A stretch of 64,000 nucleotides of DNA, from assembly GCA_041483895.1 (NCBI GenBank), contig JBGPGO010000003.1:202792-266791 (forward strand). Reading direction: 5' to 3'. The notes under the pieces are model-generated. The model did no database searches. It was given only the letters and a program-made list of their open reading frames with translations, and had not been told where the DNA came from. This DNA is from Fimbriimonadia bacterium. Its GTDB lineage: Bacteria; Armatimonadota; Fimbriimonadia; Fimbriimonadales; JABRVX01. Below, one piece after another: positions 8,879 to 18,697 of the stretch (positions within the stretch are counted from its first letter, which is position 1; every line of letters begins with the position of its first letter). Position numbers and translations under genes: made by a program.

Positions 8879-10512
8879 TTCTCCTTTGGCGGTTCGAGGA
8901 CCGGCGGCGTGGTCGAGAAACTGAAATTAATCGACACTTCATACGCTCTTGGCCACGGAAGCGAGACCCGTACGTCTGCCAGGTCCTGCAGAACTTGGGG
9001 ATAGCCGTCCAATCCGCCTGGTATCACAGTCCCCTTGAACCCCAACTTAAAGAACGTTTCCAACATCTTTCTTGTGTGCTTATCGACGAATCGCTGCAGT
9101 TGGAGCAGCTTTTCTCCGCTGATCTCCTCTTTTGCGCCCTTCAAGTCCTCTTTGGCGAAATCGTACGCAAGCGGACGGATGTAATTGTCGTACCCATATT
9201 CGGAGGCAAAGCGCGTCAGCAGGAACAGTTGCTGAGCCATCTCCCGATCCGCCACTTTGAGATGAGAATCTCGACGGGCGATTGCGTAGACGATGGCGTG
9301 CGGGATCGCTGTTCCGATGGTGTTGCTGGCCGTGTTCCAGCCGGAATAGGCCATGAGCCGCGTCCCCAGCCGGGACTCCAGCAGATACCGGATCAGCGCC
9401 TCGTCTCCCTGGCCCAACTTCAGATTCAGGTCGACAAGGGCGACCCGTCTGCCCGCCTCAATTTCCGCGGTGAACTGTTCTTTGAGCTTCTGGAAGTCTT
9501 TCTCCGACCGCTTCGGCGTGTTGACGTAGAGGGTGAAGTCCGAATCCTCCGTCGGCGTTGCGATGCGCCCTCCACAGGCGGTGATTTGCGAATAGAGCGC
9601 CCGCTCGACCGTCTGACCCTCGTTGGGCGGCACGTCGCGCTTGCCGTTGTCATCCGCCCAGACGACCTGGAGCGTTGGGGTCAAACCCTCGTCCTGCGAA
9701 AGAACTCGTGCCAGCAGCGTGCAGGCAATCTGGTCGATTCCGCCCGAGAGCATGGCCCTGTCGTCCAGTCCAAACTTGTGGATGCCTTCCAGTAGGCGTT
9801 TCCGTTCCAACCGCTGCGGACCGTACGGTTCGGCATCGTCCTGGCCGTAGATCAGGAAATCGACGGTCTTGTTCTGGGCGAGCGATAGCATCGCCTGAAG
9901 GACTTTGAAGTTTCTGTGACGAGTGTCAAGGTATTTCTGCAGGGCGTCCTTCGGGATCTTCGTGTAATGGAGGGCAGCTTCGGCATGGGCATCTTTGTTG
10001 CCGGTCGCCGCAGCCTTGTCCTTCTTGTATAGATAGTTCGCCAGGTCCAGCCGCCAGGTGGCCGCCTCCCGAGTGGCGGTCGGGGCGGCCCGCATGATGC
10101 CGGCGAACAGAAAAATGGGGAGATTTGGGTGGCTCGTCTTGATCCTCTTGAGAATGGCCAGCCGCTCCATCGCGTCTTTAACCGTGACCCCAGACTCGCG
10201 GGAAGGGACGAGGCCGCCGTAGCACAGCATGTCGGCGGAGACGATGAGCGCGTCCGCCTCGTCGCTTGATCGGTATAGCCAGGCGGTCAGCGCTCCATAG
10301 TCCCCCGCCTGAGTGAACCGGCCCAGGTTCTCTGCCGGTGGCATCAGGAAACGGACCCCGGCGATTTCGGCCATCATTCGCGGCATCTGCGTGCATACGG
10401 GCCGGCTGTCGAGAGGCAGCAGGGCCACGGTGATCGGCCTTTGCGGCTCTTGAGCGAATGACGGAGCGGCGCCGAGCAACGCAATCCAAAGACATGGTTT
10501 GACGAAAGACAT
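8875..10512 (-). CDS. DUF4127-like secreted protein
   Basis: Signal peptide; LPLDSRP, SADMLCYGGLVPSR, GQDDA, YSGWNTASNTIG motifs. Confidence 0.75.
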   Translation of the reverse strand: MSFVKPCLWIALLGAAPSFAQEPQRPITVALLPLDSRPVCTQMPRMMAEIAGVRFLMPPAENLGRFTQAGDYGALTAWLYRSSDEADALIVSADMLCYGGLVPSRESGVTVKDAMERLAILKRIKTSHPNLPIFLFAGIMRAAPTATREAATWRLDLANYLYKKDKAAATGNKDAHAEAALHYTKIPKDALQKYLDTRHRNFKVLQAMLSLAQNKTVDFLIYGQDDAEPYGPQRLERKRLLEGIHKFGLDDRAMLSGGIDQIACTLLARVLSQDEGLTPTLQVVWADDNGKRDVPPNEGQTVERALYSQITACGGRIATPTEDSDFTLYVNTPKRSEKDFQKLKEQFTAEIEAGRRVALVDLNLKLGQGDEALIRYLLESRLGTRLMAYSGWNTASNTIGTAIPHAIVYAIARRDSHLKVADREMAQQLFLLTRFASEYGYDNYIRPLAYDFAKEDLKGAKEEISGEKLLQLQRFVDKHTRKMLETFFKLGFKGTVIPGGLDGYPQVLQDLADVRVSLPWPRAYEVSINFSFSTTPPVLEPPKEK

Positions 10513-10577
10513 CTCTCTCCTATTTTTGCATGGCGGCGATCTCCAGCGCGATCAATCATTCGGGTAGAGTTCAGGCA

Positions 10578-11066
10578 ATGGCGGACCTTAGTCACATCGA
10601 TGATGCCGGCGGCGCTTCCATGGTGGACGTTGGCGGCAAGCCGGCGACCCATCGCAAGGCCGTCGCCCGTGGCGAGGTGCGCCTCCCTTCGGAGACGCGT
10701 CGGCTCTTGGCAGAAAAGGCCCTGCCGAAAGGCGACGTGCTCACTGTCGCGCAGGTCGCCGGGATTTTGGGGGCCAAGCGGACATCGGACCTGATTCCCA
10801 TGTGCCACAACATCGCTCTTACTCACCTGTCCGTGGAATTGGAACCAACGGAATATGGCATCGAGGTGCGGGTCGAGGCCGTGACCGAAGCGCAGACGGG
10901 GGTCGAAATGGAGGCCCTGGTGGCGGTCAGCGTTGCCGCGCTCACAATCTATGATATGTGCAAATCGGCGGGCCATGGAATATCCATCACGAACATCGAG
11001 CTCATCAGCAAGACCGGGGGGAAGCCTGTCCCGAACCGGAGGGAGGGAAGCGATTGGCAGAAGTAG
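10578..11066 (+). CDS. moaC: Cyclic pyranopterin monophosphate synthase
   Basis: LSHID...MVDVGGK, KGDVL, LIPMCH, TGVEMEAL, IYDMCK, KTGGK. Confidence 0.96.
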   Translation: MADLSHIDDAGGASMVDVGGKPATHRKAVARGEVRLPSETRRLLAEKALPKGDVLTVAQVAGILGAKRTSDLIPMCHNIALTHLSVELEPTEYGIEVRVEAVTEAQTGVEMEALVAVSVAALTIYDMCKSAGHGISITNIELISKTGGKPVPNRREGSDWQK

Positions 11067-11551
11067 CCATTGCCGACATTCGATTTGGCGTCATAACCGT
11101 CAGCGACCGGTGCTCGCGCGGAGAGGGAGAGGACCAGTCCGGACCTAGAATTGTGCGGCATATCGCACAAGCGGGCGGCGCCGTCCTAACGGCCCAAATC
11201 GTGGCCGACGACCTTGAGGCGATATCGCTAGAAATTCTTTCAACCGCCAAACGGTGCGACGTGGTCCTGACCACGGGAGGGACGGGCCTTTCCCCAACCG
11301 ACATTACGCCTGAAGCCACGATGCACGCGATGGATCGAGAGGCGCCCGGCATCGCGGAAATGCTGCGGGCGATAGGAAGGCAGAAAAACCCGATGGCGGA
11401 CCTGTCCCGTGGCGTCTCAGTCCTCGTTGGCAAGTGCCTCGTTATCAATCTTCCCGGTTCTCCCAACGCCGTCCGCGAGTTGATGGAGCCGCTGCTGAAG
11501 CTGCTCCCCCATGCCGTCGCTGTGCTGCGCGGCGATTCTTCGCACGACTGA
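11054..11551 (+). CDS. Molybdopterin adenylyltransferase (MogA/MoaB family)
   Basis: ITVSDR, DQSGP, TTGGTG, DITPEA, NLPGSP. TTG start at 11054 after a GGGAGG SD. Confidence 0.92.
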   Translation: MAEVAIADIRFGVITVSDRCSRGEGEDQSGPRIVRHIAQAGGAVLTAQIVADDLEAISLEILSTAKRCDVVLTTGGTGLSPTDITPEATMHAMDREAPGIAEMLRAIGRQKNPMADLSRGVSVLVGKCLVINLPGSPNAVRELMEPLLKLLPHAVAVLRGDSSHD

Positions 11552-12315
11552 TGCGGCTCATCGACACCCACTGCCATCTGAATACCACAGCAGCATATCC
11601 CGATCTCGGGGAGGTGTTGGCGCGAGCGCGAGAGGCCGGCGTGGAGAAGATGCTGGTGGTTGGGATCGACCGGGGCAGCACTCCGGAGGCGTTGCGCTTC
11701 GCGATTGCTTATTCTGAGATCTATGCCATCGTCGGTGTGCATCCCAACAGCGCGGCGGGATTCGGCGACCGGGAGATGGCTGAGGTGCGGGAGTGGCTCC
11801 AGGCGCCAAAAACCGTCGGGATCGGCGAGACGGGTCTTGACTATCACCATCAGGACGCCTCGAAGGACGATCAGGCCCGGGCCTTCGAATGGCACCTCGA
11901 TCTTGCTGCGGAGACCGGACTGCCGCTCAGCATCCACTGCCGCGAGGCCTACGACGACCTCCTTGCGATTTTGGAGCGGCGCGGCGGGCCGTATCGCGGT
12001 GTTCTTCACTGTTTCGGCGGAACCGTGTCCCATGCGGAGCGGGCGATCACTTTGGGGTTCCACTTAGGGGTCGACGGCCCGGTTACCTACAAGAAAGCCG
12101 ACGATTTGCGGGAGGTGATTCGCCAAGTTCCCCTCGATCGCCTGTTGCTGGAAACCGATTGCCCCTATCTGCCGCCGGTTCCGCATCGGGGCAAGCGCAA
12201 CGAGCCGTCCTACCTCCCGCTCATCGCCCAGGCCGTGGCCGACGCAAGAGCGGAGCCCTTAGAAACCGTTGCGGAAGCGACGACAAGGAACGCGATCAAC
12301 CTGTTCGGTTTGTAG
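11551..12315 (+). CDS. tatD: TatD-family DNase
   Basis: IDTHCHL, GVHP, IGETGLDY, IHCREA, HCF, LLETDCPYL; ATG overlaps the upstream TGA. Confidence 0.95.
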   Translation: MRLIDTHCHLNTTAAYPDLGEVLARAREAGVEKMLVVGIDRGSTPEALRFAIAYSEIYAIVGVHPNSAAGFGDREMAEVREWLQAPKTVGIGETGLDYHHQDASKDDQARAFEWHLDLAAETGLPLSIHCREAYDDLLAILERRGGPYRGVLHCFGGTVSHAERAITLGFHLGVDGPVTYKKADDLREVIRQVPLDRLLLETDCPYLPPVPHRGKRNEPSYLPLIAQAVADARAEPLETVAEATTRNAINLFGL

Positions 12316-13540
12316 CGACCCGATGCTTTCTTCGCAATCCGAGCCCCAATCCCGCGACGGCCAGGCAGGCCATCGAACTCGGCTCCGGCGTCACTTGAAG
12401 CGTCGGAAACGGCGACAGAGTAACCGGACGCACGCCGTCATCGGCGATGATTTCGAATCGGTCTATGCCCGCGTGGATGGTCGCCGTAAGGTCCACCGAG
12501 TAAAGCCCGGCCCCCAAATCGAATATGGACCCAATCGAAGTCGCTTGTGAGCTGTCCGCCGCATGCCTTACTGTGAGCGACTTCATGGAATGGGTGATCG
12601 CCTGGCCGCGCCAGTCGAGCAGTTGGATCATCATCGTCGAAACCGACATGCCGTCATTGGGGAGCATGTCGTCCGAAAGCGTTGCGGTCGAAACGATTCC
12701 GTCTGGCCGGCCCACAAGGCCGCTGCGCCAAGTATCGAAAAGCCCTTCCATTTGGATGACGGGATCGGGATCGGCGAAACCGCCCTTGGTGATGTTGAAA
12801 TTCATCAGATAGTTGCCCTGCGCATAGCCATTCGCATTGGCATTTCCGTTTATGTCTCCCAGGCGCGCGTCGATCATAAAGCCGACATATGCCGATCGAA
12901 CGAAGTGAGCAGGCGGAGAACCGCATCCTTCTGGGTTGCTGCCACAAGAGCATCGTCCGTCCCCGCCCATGGATCGCGCCGCCTCCATACCCGCCATCAG
13001 CTTTGCCGGCAGGTCCCCGGCAGTCTCCAATATCGCCTTTTGCGCCATCAGGATCACAGGTTCTCCCGTAAGCACATTGCCCTGGATTGCGTACACCGTA
13101 TCGCCAAAGGATCCGATCAGGCCGCCGCGCCATCGTCCGTCTTGCGTGCCGGTAAACGTTGCGGAACGGCTTCGGGTATCCGCGATTCCATATTGACGGG
13201 TCTGATGACTCGGGTCTCTTGCCGCCAAGCCTGTGATAATGTCGTTCGGATCCGTGCCGAGTTTGAGCTGATCGTAAATGTATTTGCGATTGGCCCCAGT
13301 TTGATCGACTGAACTCTGCGCCGCCGCCGCGCCAACTCCCACGACGACAACGGGCAGCCATTGGCGCAGATCAAATCCTTGGAGGCAGGTCGCAGAGCCG
13401 ATGGCGATCTCTTTTGTCCGGGAATTCGCCATGATGATGGACCAGGTAGCTGACACAGGAGTCAGTGTGAGAAGGCAGAGGCTCGCCGCCGCGAGCCCCT
13501 TGCCGATGCGGATCGCTGCAATGCAGTTCATAATTCCCAT
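12296..13540 (-). CDS. Secreted DUF1028 (Ntn-hydrolase-like) protein with Ig-like domain and PEP-CTERM sorting signal
   Basis: Signal peptide then TWSII; RQYGI, AIQGNVLTG, GGDGRC; C-terminal TPEPSSMACLAVAGLGLGLRRKHR. Confidence 0.82.
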   Translation of the reverse strand: MGIMNCIAAIRIGKGLAAASLCLLTLTPVSATWSIIMANSRTKEIAIGSATCLQGFDLRQWLPVVVVGVGAAAAQSSVDQTGANRKYIYDQLKLGTDPNDIITGLAARDPSHQTRQYGIADTRSRSATFTGTQDGRWRGGLIGSFGDTVYAIQGNVLTGEPVILMAQKAILETAGDLPAKLMAGMEAARSMGGDGRCSCGSNPEGCGSPPAHFVRSAYVGFMIDARLGDINGNANANGYAQGNYLMNFNITKGGFADPDPVIQMEGLFDTWRSGLVGRPDGIVSTATLSDDMLPNDGMSVSTMMIQLLDWRGQAITHSMKSLTVRHAADSSQATSIGSIFDLGAGLYSVDLTATIHAGIDRFEIIADDGVRPVTLSPFPTLQVTPEPSSMACLAVAGLGLGLRRKHRVATNRTG

Positions 13541-13690
13541 CCTTCAAAAACAATAATATGCATCCCATGCGAGGATGCCGAACTCTGATACATCAATTTC
13601 GAGTGCCATTTCGGCTTGACAGCATTATAACATGGAATTGGTGCGTTTAGCACCAACGTTCAGCGTAAATTCGTGCAACCTGAAAGAAAG

Positions 13691-13719
13691 TTGCGTCCTG
13701 GCTAAACTTGGTGTAAACT
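13691..13719 (+). promoter_or_regulatory. Putative sigma70 promoter
   Basis: TTGCGT-N17-TAAACT about 45 nt upstream of ATG 13763. Confidence 0.45.
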
Positions 13720-13762
13720 GAGGCGTCGATTGGTTTTGCATATCTGGACAGGAGTGGTGAGA

Positions 13763-15046
13763 ATGTTTCGCAGCCTTATTTTCCTCAGCATATTTGCCGC
13801 GTCTTGCGTCGCGTACGCGACCGACTTCCCCGAACACGAGCCGAACAACTCTTTCCCGCCGGGAGCGAGCCTTGGCCTTCTGAGCTCCGGCGATCGAATC
13901 GTGGGAGACATATCGTCAAGCTCCGACGTCGATTGGCATTATTTTGACACTTTAGGGACGGGCAGCTTCGGTCTCTATCGGTACACGTTCACCACTCAAA
14001 TCCCGGCCGGCAAAGATTCAATTCTCATGATATTTGATTCGAATCCCGTTCCGGATCCCGACTTTCCCGATTCACCGAAGTATGTCTTGAATTACAACGA
14101 CGACGCGGTACCTGGCGTGGCAGCGTATAGCCGTTGCGAATACGATATGTTCACGAACGGTCAGAACGTCCGATGGGGGGCTTTCATTGAAGGTTTTACA
14201 TCGCAAGACGTTTGGGCCTATGGAATACAAGCGACGTGGGAGAAAATCATACCGGTCGACGTTGGCGCTTATGCTCCGGGCAATATCGTCCTCGACACCA
14301 CGAAGTCAGCGGAGATGGATGACACGGAGATTGTTGTCTTCGATGCAAACGGCAATATGGTGGCCTACAACGATGATATCGATGGTACGCATCGCTTGTC
14401 GCATTTGGAGAAGAACCTAGCTAGTGGCGACTACTACATTTGCCTCACGTCCGCCGCCGCCTATCTGCCGACCGCGGGCCAAGATCGCACCGGCGTCGGT
14501 CCTGGCGACCTGTCGGACGGCGCGTACACATTGACCATCAACGGGACGGATTACAACGGATCGATTACCATAGGAAGCGCCAACTGGTACATTGTTCATA
14601 TTGGCAACCCGAAGACGATCTCCGGAACGGTGACCTTGGAAGCCATCAAGGGCGATCCGGCGACGGTGGCGGTCACGTTTGAAATCCGTGAACAGGGGAC
14701 ACAAAACGTGCTCCAGTCCACCACAAAGAACCTGAACAGCGACGGTTCCTACTCGTTCAGCACGAGCCTGACGGGGACAGTGGACATCGCGGCAAAAGGA
14801 CCCGTCTACCTGCGATCCAAACAGACGGTCGATCTTTCCGGATCGACAAGCGGTATCGATTTCGAACTCACAGCGGGCGATACAACAGGCGATAATGTCG
14901 TCGATCTGAAGGATATATCACCCATTTTCGTCTATTTCGAAACGACGGGGCTGTGGACGGAAGGCGATATCAACGGCGATGCAATCGTCGACATATTCGA
15001 TCTCAACCTGCCGTTCCTTCATTTCGGCGAATCCGGAGCGCCATAG
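13763..15046 (+). CDS. Secreted protein with PPC/DVUA0089-like beta domains and C-terminal Ig + dockerin-like module
   Basis: Signal peptide; EHEPNNS, two DS/DT...YNDD repeats; GDTTGDNVVDLKD and GDINGDAIVDIFD Ca-binding loops. Confidence 0.75.
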   Translation: MFRSLIFLSIFAASCVAYATDFPEHEPNNSFPPGASLGLLSSGDRIVGDISSSSDVDWHYFDTLGTGSFGLYRYTFTTQIPAGKDSILMIFDSNPVPDPDFPDSPKYVLNYNDDAVPGVAAYSRCEYDMFTNGQNVRWGAFIEGFTSQDVWAYGIQATWEKIIPVDVGAYAPGNIVLDTTKSAEMDDTEIVVFDANGNMVAYNDDIDGTHRLSHLEKNLASGDYYICLTSAAAYLPTAGQDRTGVGPGDLSDGAYTLTINGTDYNGSITIGSANWYIVHIGNPKTISGTVTLEAIKGDPATVAVTFEIREQGTQNVLQSTTKNLNSDGSYSFSTSLTGTVDIAAKGPVYLRSKQTVDLSGSTSGIDFELTAGDTTGDNVVDLKDISPIFVYFETTGLWTEGDINGDAIVDIFDLNLPFLHFGESGAP

Positions 15047-15137
15047 CCACTGAGCCGAGGCAAAATTATGCACGTTCGTCTACATTTTTTTGGCTGATCC
15101 CTGGCATCGGGCGCCTCGCGGAAGGTAGCCTCTAGGC

Positions 15138-17327
15138 GTGGTGGCGACCCTCGATCTTTCCATCCTGAATCCGGCGCAGCGCGAAGCTGTCATGCATCCC
15201 GGCGGGCCTCTGCTCATCTTTGCGGGCGCCGGGAGCGGGAAAACGCGGGTCATAACCTATCGAATTGCCCGTCTGGTTGAAGAGGGCGTCCCACCCTATC
15301 GGATCCTTGCTGTGACGTTCACCAACAAGGCCGCAAACGAAATGAAAGAGCGGCTCGCAGACCTGCTGGGGGATCGAATCCGGAGCCTCTGGGTAGGGAC
15401 ATTCCACTCCACCTGCAGCCGGATTTTGCGGGAATCGGGAGAGGCAATCGGGGTGGACCGCGGCTTCGTCGTTTACGACGATGACGATCAACTTTCGCTG
15501 ATCCGCCAAACGCTCAAGGAATTGGGAATCGACGACAAGCAGTTCGCGCCACGTGCCGTTCTGAGCGCTATCAGCCGGGCAAAAGAGAAGCTGATTTCCG
15601 CGGAACAGTTCCCGGAGATGTTCTCTTCGTACTTTGACCGGATTGTGGCCCAGGTCTACCCGGTATACCAAAGGAAGCTGAGGCAGAGCGGCGCGCTGGA
15701 CTTTGACGATCTGATCTTCACGACCGTCCGCCTGCTCCGCGAGCGGGAAGACGTGCTCGCCAAATATCAAAATCGATTCGAGCACCTATTGGTCGACGAG
15801 TATCAGGATGTGAATCAGTCTCAGTACGTTTTGGTCCAGCTTTTGGGCGGCGCACATGAAAACGTAACCGTTGTGGGAGATGACGACCAGTCCATTTACG
15901 GTTGGCGCGGGGCGGATGTATCCCTCATCCTGCGGTTCAGCAGCGATTATCCGAACGCCAAAGTCGTCACATTGGAGCAGAACTACCGCTCGACGCAACG
16001 AATTTTGGAGGCCGCGAACGACGTCGTGCGCAACAACCGCAGCCGCGCTTCTAAAAAGCTATGGACCGACAACTCGGAAGGGACTCCGGTTACGGTCACG
16101 ATGTGCGGGACCGAGCATGACGAGGCTCAGCTCGTTGCCAAGACGGTCCAGCAGGAGCTTGCGGCGGGAAAACGGGGCTTCCGGGATTTCGCCGTTCTGT
16201 ACCGTACGAACGCTCAATCCCGCGTGTTTGAGGAGGTGTTCCTCAGCCTTCGCATCCCGCATCAAATTGTTGGCAGCATCCGATTCTATGAGCGCAAAGA
16301 GATCAAGGACATGATCGCTTATCTCCGCGTCCTCGCCAACCCGATCGACTCCATTTCCATCAAGCGCATCATCAATACCCCGGTGCGCGGGATTGGGGCG
16401 ACAACCATCACGGCTCTCGAACAGCACGCCGGCGATTTCGATCAAACCCTGTGGGATGCCCTCAACGACCCGGATGTGCTCAACCGCTTCGGCGCGGGGC
16501 CAAAAAAGAAGCTGATGGAGTTTGTCAAGCTGATCACCCGTCTGCGCGAACTGCCGCTCAATGGTCCGGTCACGCCGACGTTGGAGGCTGTCCTTACAGA
16601 ATCCGGCTACCTCCAGGCCTTGGAAGCGGAGCACACTTTGGAAGGGCAGGACCGCGCCGACAACGTCCGGGAGCTCTTGACCGTCACGGAGGAATACGAT
16701 AACAGCGCCGATCCGCCATCGCTGGGTGAATTCTTGCAGAATGTCGCCCTGGTAAGCGACGCGGATTCGGTGGGTGAAAAGGCCAATTCCGTGGTCCTGA
16801 TGACGCTGCATACCGCGAAGGGGTTGGAGTTTCCCGTGGTCTTCCTAACAGGCTTGGAAGAAGGGGTGTTTCCGCATGCCCGATCGCTGGCATCGGATTC
16901 GGAAACGGAAGAAGAGCGGCGACTCTGCTATGTCGGGATGACCCGGGCCAGGGAAGAGCTGCATCTCACATTGGCGAGCCGCCGATCATTTCGGGGCCAG
17001 GCCCAATTCAATCCGCCGTCTCGATTCATCAAGCACCTTCGCCAAGAGCGGATCGCCACGTTGGGAGGATCCATCCAACCGACGATTGGCACTCGGCCCG
17101 GGACGCAGCGCTCGAGCCAAGTGGCCGCCATGATGGAGACACCGCACCATGACGACTACGAGGCCCCGTTCAACGTGGGGCAGAGAGTGCGGCATCCGAA
17201 GTTCGGAAGCGGCGTGGTTGTCGCCTGCGCCCGCGTGGGAGATGACAGCGAAGTCACAGTCGCATTTCCTGGTATTGTTGGAATTAAGAAGCTTTTGCAA
17301 AGATTCGCCCAACTGGAGCCGCTGTAG
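15138..17327 (+). CDS. pcrA: ATP-dependent DNA helicase PcrA/UvrD
   Basis: LNPAQREAV, AGAGSGKT, VDEYQD, VGDDDQSIYGWRGA, LEQNYRS, TLHTAKGLEF, EEERRLCYVGMTRA; C-terminal Tudor-like domain. Confidence 0.97.
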   Translation: MVATLDLSILNPAQREAVMHPGGPLLIFAGAGSGKTRVITYRIARLVEEGVPPYRILAVTFTNKAANEMKERLADLLGDRIRSLWVGTFHSTCSRILRESGEAIGVDRGFVVYDDDDQLSLIRQTLKELGIDDKQFAPRAVLSAISRAKEKLISAEQFPEMFSSYFDRIVAQVYPVYQRKLRQSGALDFDDLIFTTVRLLREREDVLAKYQNRFEHLLVDEYQDVNQSQYVLVQLLGGAHENVTVVGDDDQSIYGWRGADVSLILRFSSDYPNAKVVTLEQNYRSTQRILEAANDVVRNNRSRASKKLWTDNSEGTPVTVTMCGTEHDEAQLVAKTVQQELAAGKRGFRDFAVLYRTNAQSRVFEEVFLSLRIPHQIVGSIRFYERKEIKDMIAYLRVLANPIDSISIKRIINTPVRGIGATTITALEQHAGDFDQTLWDALNDPDVLNRFGAGPKKKLMEFVKLITRLRELPLNGPVTPTLEAVLTESGYLQALEAEHTLEGQDRADNVRELLTVTEEYDNSADPPSLGEFLQNVALVSDADSVGEKANSVVLMTLHTAKGLEFPVVFLTGLEEGVFPHARSLASDSETEEERRLCYVGMTRAREELHLTLASRRSFRGQAQFNPPSRFIKHLRQERIATLGGSIQPTIGTRPGTQRSSQVAAMMETPHHDDYEAPFNVGQRVRHPKFGSGVVVACARVGDDSEVTVAFPGIVGIKKLLQRFAQLEPL

Positions 17328-17338
17328 GAGATTGTGAA

Positions 17339-18103
17339 TTGTTGAGAGACAACGCGCGATTGTGCTGGACGATAGGATTTGCGATTACGGTGCTTGCGCT
17401 GGGTTTAGTCGGATGCGCCTCAAGTCCAAAAGCCACAAAAAACACGTCGACTGATAAGGACCACGACATCAATGCCAACCCCGTCAGTCTCGACCCATCA
17501 AAGTACCCGATTACGGATTTTTATCCGATGAAGTCCGGCATGGTTAAGGACTACGTCCGGTCGGAAGGATTCAAAAATTTTCCGGTGAAAGCCACGTTCG
17601 GTCAGGTTACGGACAGTGGTGGCAAGAAGATGGTGATCGTCACGTCCGTGAGCTTGGACGACAAGGGTCAGCCTCGCCTTGATGCCAATAAGAAACCGAT
17701 TCCGAAATCGGTGGAAACTCATTTGTGGGATCCGAACGCCGGCCTATTCATCGACGGAACGAAGGTGGGCGAAATTACCGCTGCCGGGCAAAAGGTTCTT
17801 CCCGCGAAATGGGAAGAGGGCGCCCGATGGCAACGGCACATGCAGTTGGGTACCGCCAAAAAGCCCACCCCCGCGACGCTGTTCGGCGTCGTGGGAAAAC
17901 CTGAGCGTGTCGATACGCCGGCGGGTCAATTTGAAGCGATGACTTCGGAAATTACGATTTCTTGGATCGCTGTCCAAAATGGTCGTCCAGGAACCGGTTC
18001 ACTCTACAGCAAGTACTGGTTCGTCAAAGATTTGGGGATCGTTAAGGTGTCCCAAGAGTCAAACAACCAACGCGTCTCCCTGATGCTAGCAAAGAAGCCA
18101 TGA
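17339..18103 (+). CDS. Lipoprotein of unknown function (VxTPAGxF beta-rich family)
   Basis: Lipobox LVGC; RVDTPAGQFEA...YWFVKDLGIVK. Confidence 0.7.
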   Translation: MLRDNARLCWTIGFAITVLALGLVGCASSPKATKNTSTDKDHDINANPVSLDPSKYPITDFYPMKSGMVKDYVRSEGFKNFPVKATFGQVTDSGGKKMVIVTSVSLDDKGQPRLDANKKPIPKSVETHLWDPNAGLFIDGTKVGEITAAGQKVLPAKWEEGARWQRHMQLGTAKKPTPATLFGVVGKPERVDTPAGQFEAMTSEITISWIAVQNGRPGTGSLYSKYWFVKDLGIVKVSQESNNQRVSLMLAKKP

Positions 18104-18696
18104 TCCATACCTTCGCGCTGGCCATCCTGGCACAAAGCGCCGCTATCCCGGCCGAGCAATACCAGCCGCTCAAAATCGGGAACTCGTGGACATACCGACT
18201 GAAGGATGGAGCGAGAACTTCCGAATACGTTCACAAAATCAGCGGCATCAAAAAGACAGATGGGCGCAGCGCGTTCCTGATGGAGGTGGTGGTGAAGGGC
18301 AAGCCCATTTCCAGCGCACTCCTCTATTGGTCACTCGACGGTCTGCGACAGTCGGAAAGCGGAACCGTGAAAATGACTCCCCCGCCCATCGAGTTCCGAC
18401 TCCCGCCGAAGCTGGGGAGCAAGTGGACGTGGAGCGGCACGGCAACGATCTCCGGCATGGACTGCCCGGCAAAGGCGGACTGCTCCATATCCGGCACGGG
18501 AAAGGTGACGGTGCCGGCCGGAACGTTCCTCTGCCTGGTTGTGACGAAGAAGGTTCATATGATGGTGCAAGGAAAGCCGTATTACTTTGTTTTGACGGAA
18601 TGCTACAGCCAGGGTGTGGGACTCGTGAAGACCACCAACAGCTCGCCGGAACGCAAATCCGTGGCAGAGCTCATGACGTACAAGTTGGTGAAATAG
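18100..18696 (+). CDS. Secreted protein, apparent paralog of the upstream lipoprotein
   Basis: Signal peptide; YQPLKIGNSWTY, KVTVPAGTF, CYSQGVGLVK; ATGA overlap. Confidence 0.72.
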   Translation: MIHTFALAILAQSAAIPAEQYQPLKIGNSWTYRLKDGARTSEYVHKISGIKKTDGRSAFLMEVVVKGKPISSALLYWSLDGLRQSESGTVKMTPPPIEFRLPPKLGSKWTWSGTATISGMDCPAKADCSISGTGKVTVPAGTFLCLVVTKKVHMMVQGKPYYFVLTECYSQGVGLVKTTNSSPERKSVAELMTYKLVK

Positions 18697-18697
18697 C

